64,000 bases of DNA from positions 46,527 to 110,526 of the IMG/VR virus record IMGVR_UViG_3300008117_000010; one strand, written 5' to 3'. Under the pieces are notes generated by a model. That model was not told the DNA's origin. It did not search any database and saw only the letters and a program-made list of their open reading frames with translations. Positions 1-9,561 of this stretch are shown piece by piece (position 1 is the stretch's first letter; each line of letters opens with the position of its first letter). The position numbers and the translations under genes are program-made. The DNA is from a virus.

Positions 1-1
1 T

Positions 2-3000
2 ATGAGTGCTTTACCATTTGGTGTAGATCCAAAATATGTTAAGGAGCATGAAATGTTTCACCATCTGCAAAACATGACGGGTAACTTACATTATGGTACA
101 CCTGTAAAAAGAGCTACTATTCCATCAACCGATGAATTTGCGGCAGACTATTATAACAGAAAAGGATTAGAAGTAGGAGATCTTACTGATGAATTTAGAT
201 ATTATAATCCTGAATTTGGTTTTGTACCAGATGATGTTATATATAACACGTATATTGACTACGAACAATATAATAGACCGTATACTGTAGAGGGTGAAGC
301 TCAAGATTATGAAAACTATATACGTTCTGGTGGCAACTCTATATTTAGAAAAAATGGTGGATCATTAGATAAGTATCAATTTGGTAGACAATATAAAAAA
401 TTCAAAGAAAGCTTACCAGAAAACTTAAGAAATACAAATGAAAAAGATTATAATTTAAAGTATTTATGGAAAAAAGCTGGTAGACCTAGTGATATATTTG
501 AAGCACAACAATGGGATAGAAATAAATCATTTGAAGAAAATTATAATCAAGATATAGCAAACTTAAAAGCTGGAACATATGATTATACAAAAGGTCTTTT
601 TCCTTTAGTAGAGGATGTAGAACAAGACGGTAGTATTAGTTATAATTATCATGGTTCAAGTATTGAACCAACAACATTAAAGTTTTTAAAATCAAAAGAT
701 CATCCATCTTTAATAAAGGAATTAGAGTGGTATTATTCTAATGACCCAACTGCTGTTGATTTTAGAAATCAATATGATTTAGATAAAAGTGGTAAATTTT
801 ATCAGTATATACCAAAAAAACAAAATATAAAAAAGAAAGGTGGTACAACTCTAAAAAAATATCAAACCGGAAAAACAGTTTCACAAGAGTGGACTGAAAT
901 TACAGGAACACCTTGGGCACAAGCCAAAAAACTTGGACTAACTAAAGGAAGTGAAAAAGAAAATCTTAAACTTTTAAATGAAATTAAAAAAGATCCTGAA
1001 AAATATAGAACACTTGCAAGAGGTAATTCTAATTTGCAACCAATAGAAAGGATAGAAGTTCAACCAGAAGCTATAATAACAGAAGATGTAAAACCTGTTA
1101 CTACAGCTAAAAGTGTAACACAACCATTTGATCAAACATATAGAGAGTTATACGGAGAAGAAAAACAAGCACCACAAGATGTAATGAGGGTACCTTTAAT
1201 AGATGCTCCAAAATATACTATAACAAATCCTGATTTATTAAGTGTTCCTTTTGTATATGAAACGGGAGTTCAACCAGACTATTCATATGAAGATAGAGCA
1301 TTTGGTGAATCTGAGTGGAATAAACTTGCGGCTGTTGCATTACCTTCTCCAACTGGAGAATTTGCTCAAGAAATGTTTAATCCATTAAGTCAAGAAGCGA
1401 TAGGAGAATATATTCCTATGGTACAATCAACGCAATTAACAACTCCAGGACCAAATGCATATAAACCAGATTTATCTAATTGTGATCAAGAGCAATGTTC
1501 TGCAGGATTACAATATAACCTAGCATCACAATTAAAAGGTGGTTTTAACGAAGCTCATAATAAATTAGGACTTCAAGGTAATGCTTGGACAATGGGTGAA
1601 AATATTATAAAACATGGTGGACAAAGAATATATGGTCTTGGTTCTGAAATGAATATAAATAGAAGTAAAAATTATGATACTAAAGATATAAGGAAAAAAT
1701 TATATGAGGCAAGAAAATCATATGACTTAGATAAAATATACGAAACCTCACAGGTAGGTGATATTGTTGAAATGTATTATCCCGGTAGTGACTATCAAAC
1801 CGAAGCAATACGTGATGGTAAAGATAATACTGTTACAACACATATAGGACATATTACTGAGAAAGATGGCGTTAAATATGTTACACATAATGTCCATGGT
1901 ACATGGCATACAGATAAATTAGAAACATTATTATCTAGATCAGGAAATAATAAAGGTACAAAAGGAACAGTAATTTCAGGTATTGTAAGACCAGATTATG
2001 GTTGGAGAGATAAGCAAGATGAAAATAGAGCTGTATCTATATCTCCAAATCCTGTACAAGCAATATCTGCTAGTGGTGATAGAAACTATTATCAATTTGG
2101 ACCTGCTGATACAGATAATGATGGTAAAGAAGATGTAGTATCTAGATGGCAAAACAAAGCTATTAATCCGACATCTCAACAATTTGTTAAAGGAATAGAA
2201 GCTGTAGCACCAACTATTGCTAAAGACTTTGGATTATCAAATGATCAACTTGAATTAGTAATGAGAACATCATTTGGTGCATTAGGTAAAGAAAGTTCAT
2301 TCGGTGTAGGAGAAGGATATCTTAAAAAAGCTCGAGCAAGAAAACCTTTAAGAGAATATAAAAAGACTGCTCCAGATTGGTTTCTTGAAGGTGATCCATT
2401 AAGTGAGGGTCTTTCCCAAATAAAATATGATGAGATTTTTAAAGATCCAAAAACAAAATCTCTTCTAAATAAATATGGAATTAAATCAGAAGATCAATTA
2501 TATGATCCAATGTATGCATCTATTGCAACTATGATATTAGGAGCAATGAATTATAAACAATTTGAATTAGCAACAGGATTAAAAGCAGAAGATGTTGATC
2601 CAATAACATTACAAAATATAATGTTACTTGGTCATAATAAAGGAATGCAAAATGTAATAAATAAAGATTTTACAAATGAAGGTGAATTAAAAACTTTTAG
2701 TTTCTTAAATAGAAAAGGTAATAAATATAAAGAGGGTAAGGAACCAACAATATCAGATGCATCAATTATAAGAGGACTCGAAACGTACTCCAATGCGCAT
2801 ATGAATCGAAAATCATATACTAATGAAGGTGGAGATTTTGCAGCCTCTTTAAATATTGATATGGATAAATTAATGGGTCCAAGCAATAATGAAAACTTAG
2901 TTGAATATACTCAACAAGAACTTCCTGAAGAATATGGTCTTGGTGAAGCTCTTCTTGCTGGTGCATATGATAAAGCTTCAGGTAGAGATTATCAAAAAGA

Positions 3001-3496
3001 TAGAGATAAAATAAATGCTGAAATTGAAGCAGCTAAATTAAAAGCAATAAAAAATGCAGAAAAATTATATAAGGGAAGTAAAAGAAAATTAAGACAAGCC
3101 GTAAATAAAATTGAAAAAGAAGCTGCAATAGCCAAATCAACAATTTTAAATCAAGCAAGAAAAGTTAAAAGAAAAGTATCTTCTTTTGAAGAGGGTGGAC
3201 AAATTGATAAAATATATATAGGTAAATATACAATGACACCAAAGATGGAAGATGGTGGTGGATTGAAGAGATGGTTTGCAGAAGAATGGACAGATATTAA
3301 AACAGGTAAAGAATGTGGTAGATCTGGAAAAGAAAAAGGTTCACGTCCATATCCTGCTTGTAGACCAAAAAATAGAATAACTTCTGAAACTCCTAAAACA
3401 GTAAGTGAATTATCTTCTGCTGAAAAAGCTAAATTTAAAAAAGCAAAAAGAGGAAAAGAAAGAATAAAATACAATCATCAAAGGAAAAATAAATAA
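2..3496 (+). CDS. Modular virion cargo protein with CHAP/NlpC-like amidase and SLT-like lytic transglycosylase domains; probably 5'-truncated
   Basis: HEMFH near the N-end. QCSAG..GNAWT..VGDIV..HIGH..THN is CHAP-like (~1481-2000). KESSFG..GLSQI..LYDP..HNKG is SLT-like (~2150-2840). C-terminal GLKRWFAEEW..CGR..YPACRP resembles half of DUF5872. The ORF starts at the window edge. Confidence 0.7.
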   Translation: MSALPFGVDPKYVKEHEMFHHLQNMTGNLHYGTPVKRATIPSTDEFAADYYNRKGLEVGDLTDEFRYYNPEFGFVPDDVIYNTYIDYEQYNRPYTVEGEAQDYENYIRSGGNSIFRKNGGSLDKYQFGRQYKKFKESLPENLRNTNEKDYNLKYLWKKAGRPSDIFEAQQWDRNKSFEENYNQDIANLKAGTYDYTKGLFPLVEDVEQDGSISYNYHGSSIEPTTLKFLKSKDHPSLIKELEWYYSNDPTAVDFRNQYDLDKSGKFYQYIPKKQNIKKKGGTTLKKYQTGKTVSQEWTEITGTPWAQAKKLGLTKGSEKENLKLLNEIKKDPEKYRTLARGNSNLQPIERIEVQPEAIITEDVKPVTTAKSVTQPFDQTYRELYGEEKQAPQDVMRVPLIDAPKYTITNPDLLSVPFVYETGVQPDYSYEDRAFGESEWNKLAAVALPSPTGEFAQEMFNPLSQEAIGEYIPMVQSTQLTTPGPNAYKPDLSNCDQEQCSAGLQYNLASQLKGGFNEAHNKLGLQGNAWTMGENIIKHGGQRIYGLGSEMNINRSKNYDTKDIRKKLYEARKSYDLDKIYETSQVGDIVEMYYPGSDYQTEAIRDGKDNTVTTHIGHITEKDGVKYVTHNVHGTWHTDKLETLLSRSGNNKGTKGTVISGIVRPDYGWRDKQDENRAVSISPNPVQAISASGDRNYYQFGPADTDNDGKEDVVSRWQNKAINPTSQQFVKGIEAVAPTIAKDFGLSNDQLELVMRTSFGALGKESSFGVGEGYLKKARARKPLREYKKTAPDWFLEGDPLSEGLSQIKYDEIFKDPKTKSLLNKYGIKSEDQLYDPMYASIATMILGAMNYKQFELATGLKAEDVDPITLQNIMLLGHNKGMQNVINKDFTNEGELKTFSFLNRKGNKYKEGKEPTISDASIIRGLETYSNAHMNRKSYTNEGGDFAASLNIDMDKLMGPSNNENLVEYTQQELPEEYGLGEALLAGAYDKASGRDYQKDRDKINAEIEAAKLKAIKNAEKLYKGSKRKLRQAVNKIEKEAAIAKSTILNQARKVKRKVSSFEEGGQIDKIYIGKYTMTPKMEDGGGLKRWFAEEWTDIKTGKECGRSGKEKGSRPYPACRPKNRITSETPKTVSELSSAEKAKFKKAKRGKERIKYNHQRKNK

Positions 3497-3538
3497 TATT
3501 TATTATCTTGTAATATAATTCTAACTATAAATATAACT

Positions 3539-3907
3539 ATGGCAACTTTAAACGCAACCTTGGTATTAACTAGCACCACAACTTCATCCGCTAGTTTAAA
3601 TTTAAATGTATCAAAAGTACTTACTGTAGATGTTGATCTTGTAAATACTGGACGCATTTCTTGTCCAACAGTTACGAATACAACTTTGATTCCTAATACT
3701 GTAACAGACAATAAATATGTTTATTTAAAAAATCTTGACCCTGTTAATTTTATTACTGTTAAAGATGATGACCCTATAGCAATTGGTGACTTTATGGAAT
3801 TAAAAGCTGGGGAGTTTGCATTCTTTGTAGTAAAAGGTGGCATAGGATTAAACATTGAATCTGATACAGCTCCATGTATCGTAGAGTATGGTTTTTGGAA
3901 TGAATAA
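3539..3907 (+). CDS. Small beta-rich protein, putative virion structural/decoration protein
   Basis: 122-aa ORF, Thr/Val-rich strands, A-rich leader, lies in the virion block. Confidence 0.55.
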   Translation: MATLNATLVLTSTTTSSASLNLNVSKVLTVDVDLVNTGRISCPTVTNTTLIPNTVTDNKYVYLKNLDPVNFITVKDDDPIAIGDFMELKAGEFAFFVVKGGIGLNIESDTAPCIVEYGFWNE

Positions 3908-3909
3908 TT

Positions 3910-6720
3910 ATGGCAAATGAACCAATAAATAAAGCTCTTTATAATAGAGTTAAAAGTGAAGCCAAACGAAAATTCGATAGATGGCCAAGTGCTTATGGCT
4001 CTGCGTGGCTAGTAAAAGAATATAAAAGACGCGGTGGCAAGTATAAGCAAGATGGTGGTGGTATGTCACAAGACGCACTTAAATCAATGCAATCTTTCTA
4101 TGAAGATTTTCAATCAAATAAATTTGATGCTGATGCATTTAAAAAGACTACAAATAATCTGTATGATTTAGGTTTAAAAAATGAAGGTACTAAAACCAGT
4201 TATTTAAAAAGTGTAAAAGGTCCTGGTCTTTTTGGAACAGGATTGTTTGGTAAAAACTATTATAAGAGACCTGGTCTTTTTTCTAAGGATACATACTATA
4301 CAGATGTAAATGTTCAAAAAGGTTTAGATCAAAAAGGTAATCCTTATTATGTTCCTTTCGATGAATATAATAATGAAAATCTTATTGAACCTATAAATGA
4401 TTTACCTGAATTTCCAGAAATGGCACAAGGTGGCGGTATACCTGAAAGGTATCGTAATATGGGCTTTAATAAAGTTGGTGCTAAAAAACAATCCAATCGT
4501 CCAGGTAAAAAATGGATGGTACTCGCAAAGAAAGGTGATAAATATAAAGTTGTTCATGGTGGCTATAAAGGAATGAAAGATTTTACTCAACATGGTAATC
4601 CTAAAAGACGTGAACGTTTTTGGGATAGAATGGGTGGTCGTGATTCCGCAAAAGCAAAGGATCCATTTTCACCATTGTACTGGCACAAACGCTTTGGTAC
4701 TTGGCAAGAAGGTGGTCAATATAATTATGATATAAATAATCCAATACCCCAATTTGAAATGGGAAATTCAATATTATCTAAAATGCAAAATGAAGCTATG
4801 AGAAAAGGATATCTCAAACAAGGTGGAACTCCATGCTATGAATGTGGTGGTTCTTATGCTAAAGGTGGAACAAATAATCCAGGTTTTAAAGCACTACCGC
4901 CTTACGTTCAACAAAAGATTAAATCAAATATGCAAACAGGAGGAATGACTCCTTTTAATGCAAATCCAGATTATTATAATGAGCGTCTACGCAACTTTAT
5001 TGATTTGGTTAATGGCACCGCTAGTGATAGTCTTTTCTCTGAAATGGAACAAGAAGGTATGATGCCACAAGCACGTTACGGAATGTCATATCTTCCATTA
5101 GCACAAAACGGTAAAGAACAAAAAGTACCCTACGTTTATTACAAAGGTAAACTAATGCCCTATGATGAAGCTGATAGAATGTTACCACAGTTTAACCGCT
5201 TTCCGAAAGGAACTAAAATATATAATGAATATGGTGATGAAATTGGAACTATAAGAGATTATGGTCAAACTGTAAAAGGTGGTAAACCAAAGTTTGAATT
5301 TAAAGCTGCTGATCCAAATCTTACTCAAGAAAAATTAGAAGAGTTTGCAAACTTATATGGACAAGAAGCGTTAGCTAACGCAATGGCTGAAGGATTAATA
5401 GACGAGTACACACCTGTTTCACGTTTTATAGATCAGACAATGGGAAGAGGAGTTACAGCGGCAACTAATCCTTTTGCTGAAGCATCTACAATAAATTATA
5501 ATAACATTGCTGATGATAACATATTAACAGATCCAGATATAAAACGTGCATATGCAGATAATAAAGCTGCAAATAATCAAAATAATAGTAGAACTGGTAG
5601 CGGTACAGGTAGTAATACTGGAAGTGGTGCAGCAACAAGTACAGGAGCAAGTGGTGCACGTGCAACTGTTAAACAACAATTTGAAGAAATCAATGGTCCT
5701 GGTTCTTGGCAAAGAGCAAAAGATGCAGGATTAACAGATGGAAGTGCAGAAGCTAATTTAGCTCTTCTTGAACGCGCACAAAATAATGAAGATGTTTTCG
5801 CAGATGTAGATGAAATAGAAGAAACAACTGTTCCAGAAACAACTGATGAAACAGTAGAAGGAGAAGTAGAAACAAAAGCAGAAGGAGAAGCAGAAACTAC
5901 ACCAGGTACAAGTGGTACAACAGATCAAATTGGATTACAACAAGCACCCGAATTTGCTAATATTAGCTCCTGGACAAATTTTGGAAATGAACCAGTAATG
6001 TATTCAGATCCAGAAACTGGAATGGTAATGAATGTTCCACAAGAAATGCTTAATCAAGGTGCTGGTCAAATGTATGGTCAACAGTTTCCTGTTTATCTTA
6101 AGAAATTTCGTCAAGGACCTTTTGGTACTGTTGCTAAATTTAGACCATATCCAACAGCAGGTGGTTCAGGTAATCTATTTGATAGAATAGCTAATGTATT
6201 TAGCCCTAATCAAGCAGGACCTCAAGTACCACCAAATATAATGGAAGGAGATGAAGATATAATATCTCAATTACAAGAGCAAAAATTATTACGTCCAAGA
6301 GATGTTCGTAAAATGCGTCGTCAAGAATCAAGAGAAATGCGTAGAGATCAACGTGGAAATTTAAGAGAGATGCGTAATGCTGCAAATGATATTATCAAAG
6401 GTAGTAATATGCAAAAAAGAGGAGAGATGTTTGATGCCAGAATGGATATGCGTGATGAGCGTTTTAATGATAGAATGGATAGAAGAGCAAATAGAATTAA
6501 TGAAAGATTTGATAGAAGAATAGAAAGAAATCAAGATCAACTTGAACGATTCCAGGATAGAATGCAAAGAAAAGAAGAAAGAAGAAATAGAAAAGCAGAA
6601 TATGGTGGTATGTCTAATCCATATCTTTATATGTATAAAGAAGGCGGTGAATATTATATGGATGAAAATACTATTAATATGATACTTGCAATGGGTGGTA
6701 ATATTGAATTTATAGATTAA
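3910..6720 (+). CDS. Modular virion cargo protein (DUF5872-like N-terminus, DUF5754-like module, many phi-x-x-GG linkers)
   Basis: 936 aa. N-terminal LYNRVKSEAKRKFDRWPSAYGSAWLVKEYKRRGGKY; module KKWMV..VHGG..DFTQH..RRERF..SPLYW; low-complexity linkers; R/D/E/M-rich C-terminal helix. Confidence 0.6.
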   Translation: MANEPINKALYNRVKSEAKRKFDRWPSAYGSAWLVKEYKRRGGKYKQDGGGMSQDALKSMQSFYEDFQSNKFDADAFKKTTNNLYDLGLKNEGTKTSYLKSVKGPGLFGTGLFGKNYYKRPGLFSKDTYYTDVNVQKGLDQKGNPYYVPFDEYNNENLIEPINDLPEFPEMAQGGGIPERYRNMGFNKVGAKKQSNRPGKKWMVLAKKGDKYKVVHGGYKGMKDFTQHGNPKRRERFWDRMGGRDSAKAKDPFSPLYWHKRFGTWQEGGQYNYDINNPIPQFEMGNSILSKMQNEAMRKGYLKQGGTPCYECGGSYAKGGTNNPGFKALPPYVQQKIKSNMQTGGMTPFNANPDYYNERLRNFIDLVNGTASDSLFSEMEQEGMMPQARYGMSYLPLAQNGKEQKVPYVYYKGKLMPYDEADRMLPQFNRFPKGTKIYNEYGDEIGTIRDYGQTVKGGKPKFEFKAADPNLTQEKLEEFANLYGQEALANAMAEGLIDEYTPVSRFIDQTMGRGVTAATNPFAEASTINYNNIADDNILTDPDIKRAYADNKAANNQNNSRTGSGTGSNTGSGAATSTGASGARATVKQQFEEINGPGSWQRAKDAGLTDGSAEANLALLERAQNNEDVFADVDEIEETTVPETTDETVEGEVETKAEGEAETTPGTSGTTDQIGLQQAPEFANISSWTNFGNEPVMYSDPETGMVMNVPQEMLNQGAGQMYGQQFPVYLKKFRQGPFGTVAKFRPYPTAGGSGNLFDRIANVFSPNQAGPQVPPNIMEGDEDIISQLQEQKLLRPRDVRKMRRQESREMRRDQRGNLREMRNAANDIIKGSNMQKRGEMFDARMDMRDERFNDRMDRRANRINERFDRRIERNQDQLERFQDRMQRKEERRNRKAEYGGMSNPYLYMYKEGGEYYMDENTINMILAMGGNIEFID

Positions 6721-6724
6721 ACTA

Positions 6725-9547
6725 ATGAGAAAAGTAAGAATAAAAAAACTAGCATATGGGGGCAATACTATTGCCCCTCCATATATGCCAGATCAATATA
6801 GCGTACCCGAAACTAAATTTAATAATACATTAACTAAGGTACCAATACCTGAAGCAAATATAGAAGCTGAAGGTGGTGAAACTGCATTGTTGCCTGATGT
6901 TGGTGGAACTAGTGCATTATATAATATTCGTGGACCTCGACACAGCGAAGGTGGTGTAGCTTTAAATGTACCTGAAAATTCATTTATATATAGCGACACT
7001 GCTAAAATGAAAATTAAAAACGAGGAGATATTAAAAATGTTTGGATACTCTGATGGTGAAATTAAAAAGATTAGAAAATCAAAAGGAATTACACCAGCAG
7101 AAATTTCTAAGAAATATCAAATAAATAAATTTCGCGAAGTATTACAAGATCCTAATAGTAATAAAAGAGAAAGAAAAACTGCAGAGTTAAATATTAAAAA
7201 TGCTAATATTAAATTAGCTATTCTTGCTCTTTATCAAGAATCAATGAAAGGTTTCCCTGATGGTATTCCTATTGTTGCTTTACCATTTATTGCTAAATTC
7301 GGAATAGATCCTTCAAGCTTTTTACCTGTTACACCAGAATCCATAAATCAAGCTCAACCTAATCAACCAATGATGGAAGAAGAGGAGAATGAGGAAATGG
7401 AAAACTATGAAGAAGGTGAAGAAGAAGAATATGAAGAGGAGGGAATGGAAGAAGAATATAATGAAGAATATGAGGAGGGTGAAGGAATGCCAATGGCAGA
7501 AGATGGAATGGCTAATGCAGGTAATCTTTTAGATTTTTTAGCTAACTTTGATCCAACTGTAACACAACAAGAACCTGATATTACTATACCCGATGCTAAT
7601 TTTAATGTTAAATTAAAAGAAATAGGTAAGTATGATGCAGATATGATGTTAGCTGGTTTAGATCTAGCAAATAATTTAGCACGACTACCAGAAGAAAAAA
7701 GAAGAGAGGAAGCATTTAGAAAAAAAACAGGAGCAGATGAATTATATGCGGATGCTGAAGGAAGTCAAGGATCATATGATGTTAATACAGGAGAATTTAT
7801 ACCTACTACAGAAGAACAAACACCTGTACAATTTACAGGTGATGCAACATACGGTAAATATGGTGGAGGTTTAAGAAAGTTTGTTTATCAAGATGGAGGA
7901 GAATTTGACCCAGAACTAGGAGTTTATATGACATACCAAAACGGTAGAGAAGTTTATATGGATGCTAATGATGTACCTGCACCTGCGGGTTGGAGTCCTG
8001 ATGATTATAATAGAATTCTTGAAGATGAATATGAAATGCCTCAAGCTCGATATGGAATGCAAATAGCACAAAATGGTGCAGAAAAAAAAGGAATGTATAA
8101 TCGAGTAGAAGAAACTTTTAAAGGGAATGAAAAACTAAAACAACTATTGTATGAAAAAACTTTAGCTGCTTTAAAAAATGAATCATATATAAATAAAAAT
8201 GCCCTTAAAAGAAAAGGAGTAGATATAGATAAAGCAATTAAAGAACTTACTCCCGAAAAAGCACTTGAAGCATTTTTAGCAATGCAGAAAAGAAACTATG
8301 GGGTAGTAGAAAATAAAGGAGCTGAATGGATACGTTCACAATCACAATCAAATAGTAAAGCATTTGATGATGCATATGGTGAATTAGAACTTGGTTCTGC
8401 TGATCCATTAAATGTAGCACTTGGTCAAGCTTCTTATTTAGGATATCGTGACTTGTTAGAAGATCGTGATGCAGGAAAACTTGAAGAAGATGTTAATGCT
8501 GATCTTGCTCCTTTTATTGTAAGACAAGTAGGTAAACAAGATGAAAAATATGGATTTGATCCAGAACAAGATATAAGTAAAATTGATGCAATTGGTACTA
8601 ATACTACTGTAGGACAGTTAGCAGGGATTAAACAAGATGAGGATGTAGAAGAGACACCTGAAGCAACAACACCAAAAACTCCTGCTCCAGAATTAATGCC
8701 TCAAACTTTAGGTGAAGCAGCAGCTGCACCACCATCAGTAGGACCATATCCACAAGATGTTCTTAGCATGGGTGAAGCATTTGCTAATCGTATGGGATTG
8801 CGAAGAACTTTTCCATGGGCTCCTAAAATTGAACCTGTATTACCTCAAGCAACATTCTTTGATCCACGTAGAGCAGAAGCTAATACAATGGCAGCATATA
8901 ATACTGCACTTAATGAATTAGGTGCATATGCAACACCACAGTTTTTAAGTTCACGTGCAGGTTCCGTTGCAGCAAATGCAATGAACTCTGCTGCAGATAT
9001 CATTAGTCAAGTACAAAATAATAATGTACAAATAGCAAATTCATTTGAAACTCAAAAAGCTAGTATATTAAATAATGCTAACTTAACAAATGCAGCACAA
9101 GCAAAACAATTGTATGATGACACAACAATGTTAAATCAACAATATGAAAATGCTAAAAGAGATACAAGAAATAAACTTTTGAGTACTATTAAAAATAGTA
9201 TAACCAATATGGCTACTACGGATGTAATAAACCAAATATATGGTGATAGGTTTATGATTGATCCGACAATAGGCGGTGGATTAAGATTTTATAATCCACC
9301 TGAATCTATTTCTCCTGCTGCTCAAACACAAAGCATGGGTGAACAATTTGCTCAATTTGCAAAACAGTTTGAGGGACTTGATATTGAAGATAAAACTTTA
9401 TTAGAATTGTTTCTTAAGGGACAAACTGGTACAGCTTCTACAAATAAAGAAGTTGATGCTCTGGCAGCAATGAGTTCAATACCACAAGCAGCATACGGAG
9501 GTAGTAGAAAACTTAGAAAAGTTAGAATAAAAAAAGCACCTAGATAA
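6725..9547 (+). CDS. crAss-like virion cargo protein
   Basis: 940 aa. EAEGGE...GPRHSEGGV...FIYSD is a motif I recognise from crAss-like cargo proteins. Poly-Glu tract, Ala/Asn/Gln-rich helical C-terminus, lies upstream of the giant genes. Confidence 0.6.
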   Translation: MRKVRIKKLAYGGNTIAPPYMPDQYSVPETKFNNTLTKVPIPEANIEAEGGETALLPDVGGTSALYNIRGPRHSEGGVALNVPENSFIYSDTAKMKIKNEEILKMFGYSDGEIKKIRKSKGITPAEISKKYQINKFREVLQDPNSNKRERKTAELNIKNANIKLAILALYQESMKGFPDGIPIVALPFIAKFGIDPSSFLPVTPESINQAQPNQPMMEEEENEEMENYEEGEEEEYEEEGMEEEYNEEYEEGEGMPMAEDGMANAGNLLDFLANFDPTVTQQEPDITIPDANFNVKLKEIGKYDADMMLAGLDLANNLARLPEEKRREEAFRKKTGADELYADAEGSQGSYDVNTGEFIPTTEEQTPVQFTGDATYGKYGGGLRKFVYQDGGEFDPELGVYMTYQNGREVYMDANDVPAPAGWSPDDYNRILEDEYEMPQARYGMQIAQNGAEKKGMYNRVEETFKGNEKLKQLLYEKTLAALKNESYINKNALKRKGVDIDKAIKELTPEKALEAFLAMQKRNYGVVENKGAEWIRSQSQSNSKAFDDAYGELELGSADPLNVALGQASYLGYRDLLEDRDAGKLEEDVNADLAPFIVRQVGKQDEKYGFDPEQDISKIDAIGTNTTVGQLAGIKQDEDVEETPEATTPKTPAPELMPQTLGEAAAAPPSVGPYPQDVLSMGEAFANRMGLRRTFPWAPKIEPVLPQATFFDPRRAEANTMAAYNTALNELGAYATPQFLSSRAGSVAANAMNSAADIISQVQNNNVQIANSFETQKASILNNANLTNAAQAKQLYDDTTMLNQQYENAKRDTRNKLLSTIKNSITNMATTDVINQIYGDRFMIDPTIGGGLRFYNPPESISPAAQTQSMGEQFAQFAKQFEGLDIEDKTLLELFLKGQTGTASTNKEVDALAAMSSIPQAAYGGSRKLRKVRIKKAPR
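6728..6748 (+). repeat. RKVRIKK-coding 21-mer, copy 1 (copy 2 at 9515-9535)
   Basis: agaaaagtaagaataaaaaaa vs agaaaagttagaataaaaaaa, 1 mismatch, at the two ends of one ORF. Confidence 0.8.
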
Positions 9548-9561
9548 ATCTAGATTAAATT

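Noticed and set aside
5575-5665. GSGTGSNTGSG low-complexity tract as a functional repeat
   Set aside because: Ordinary flexible linker with no regular unit
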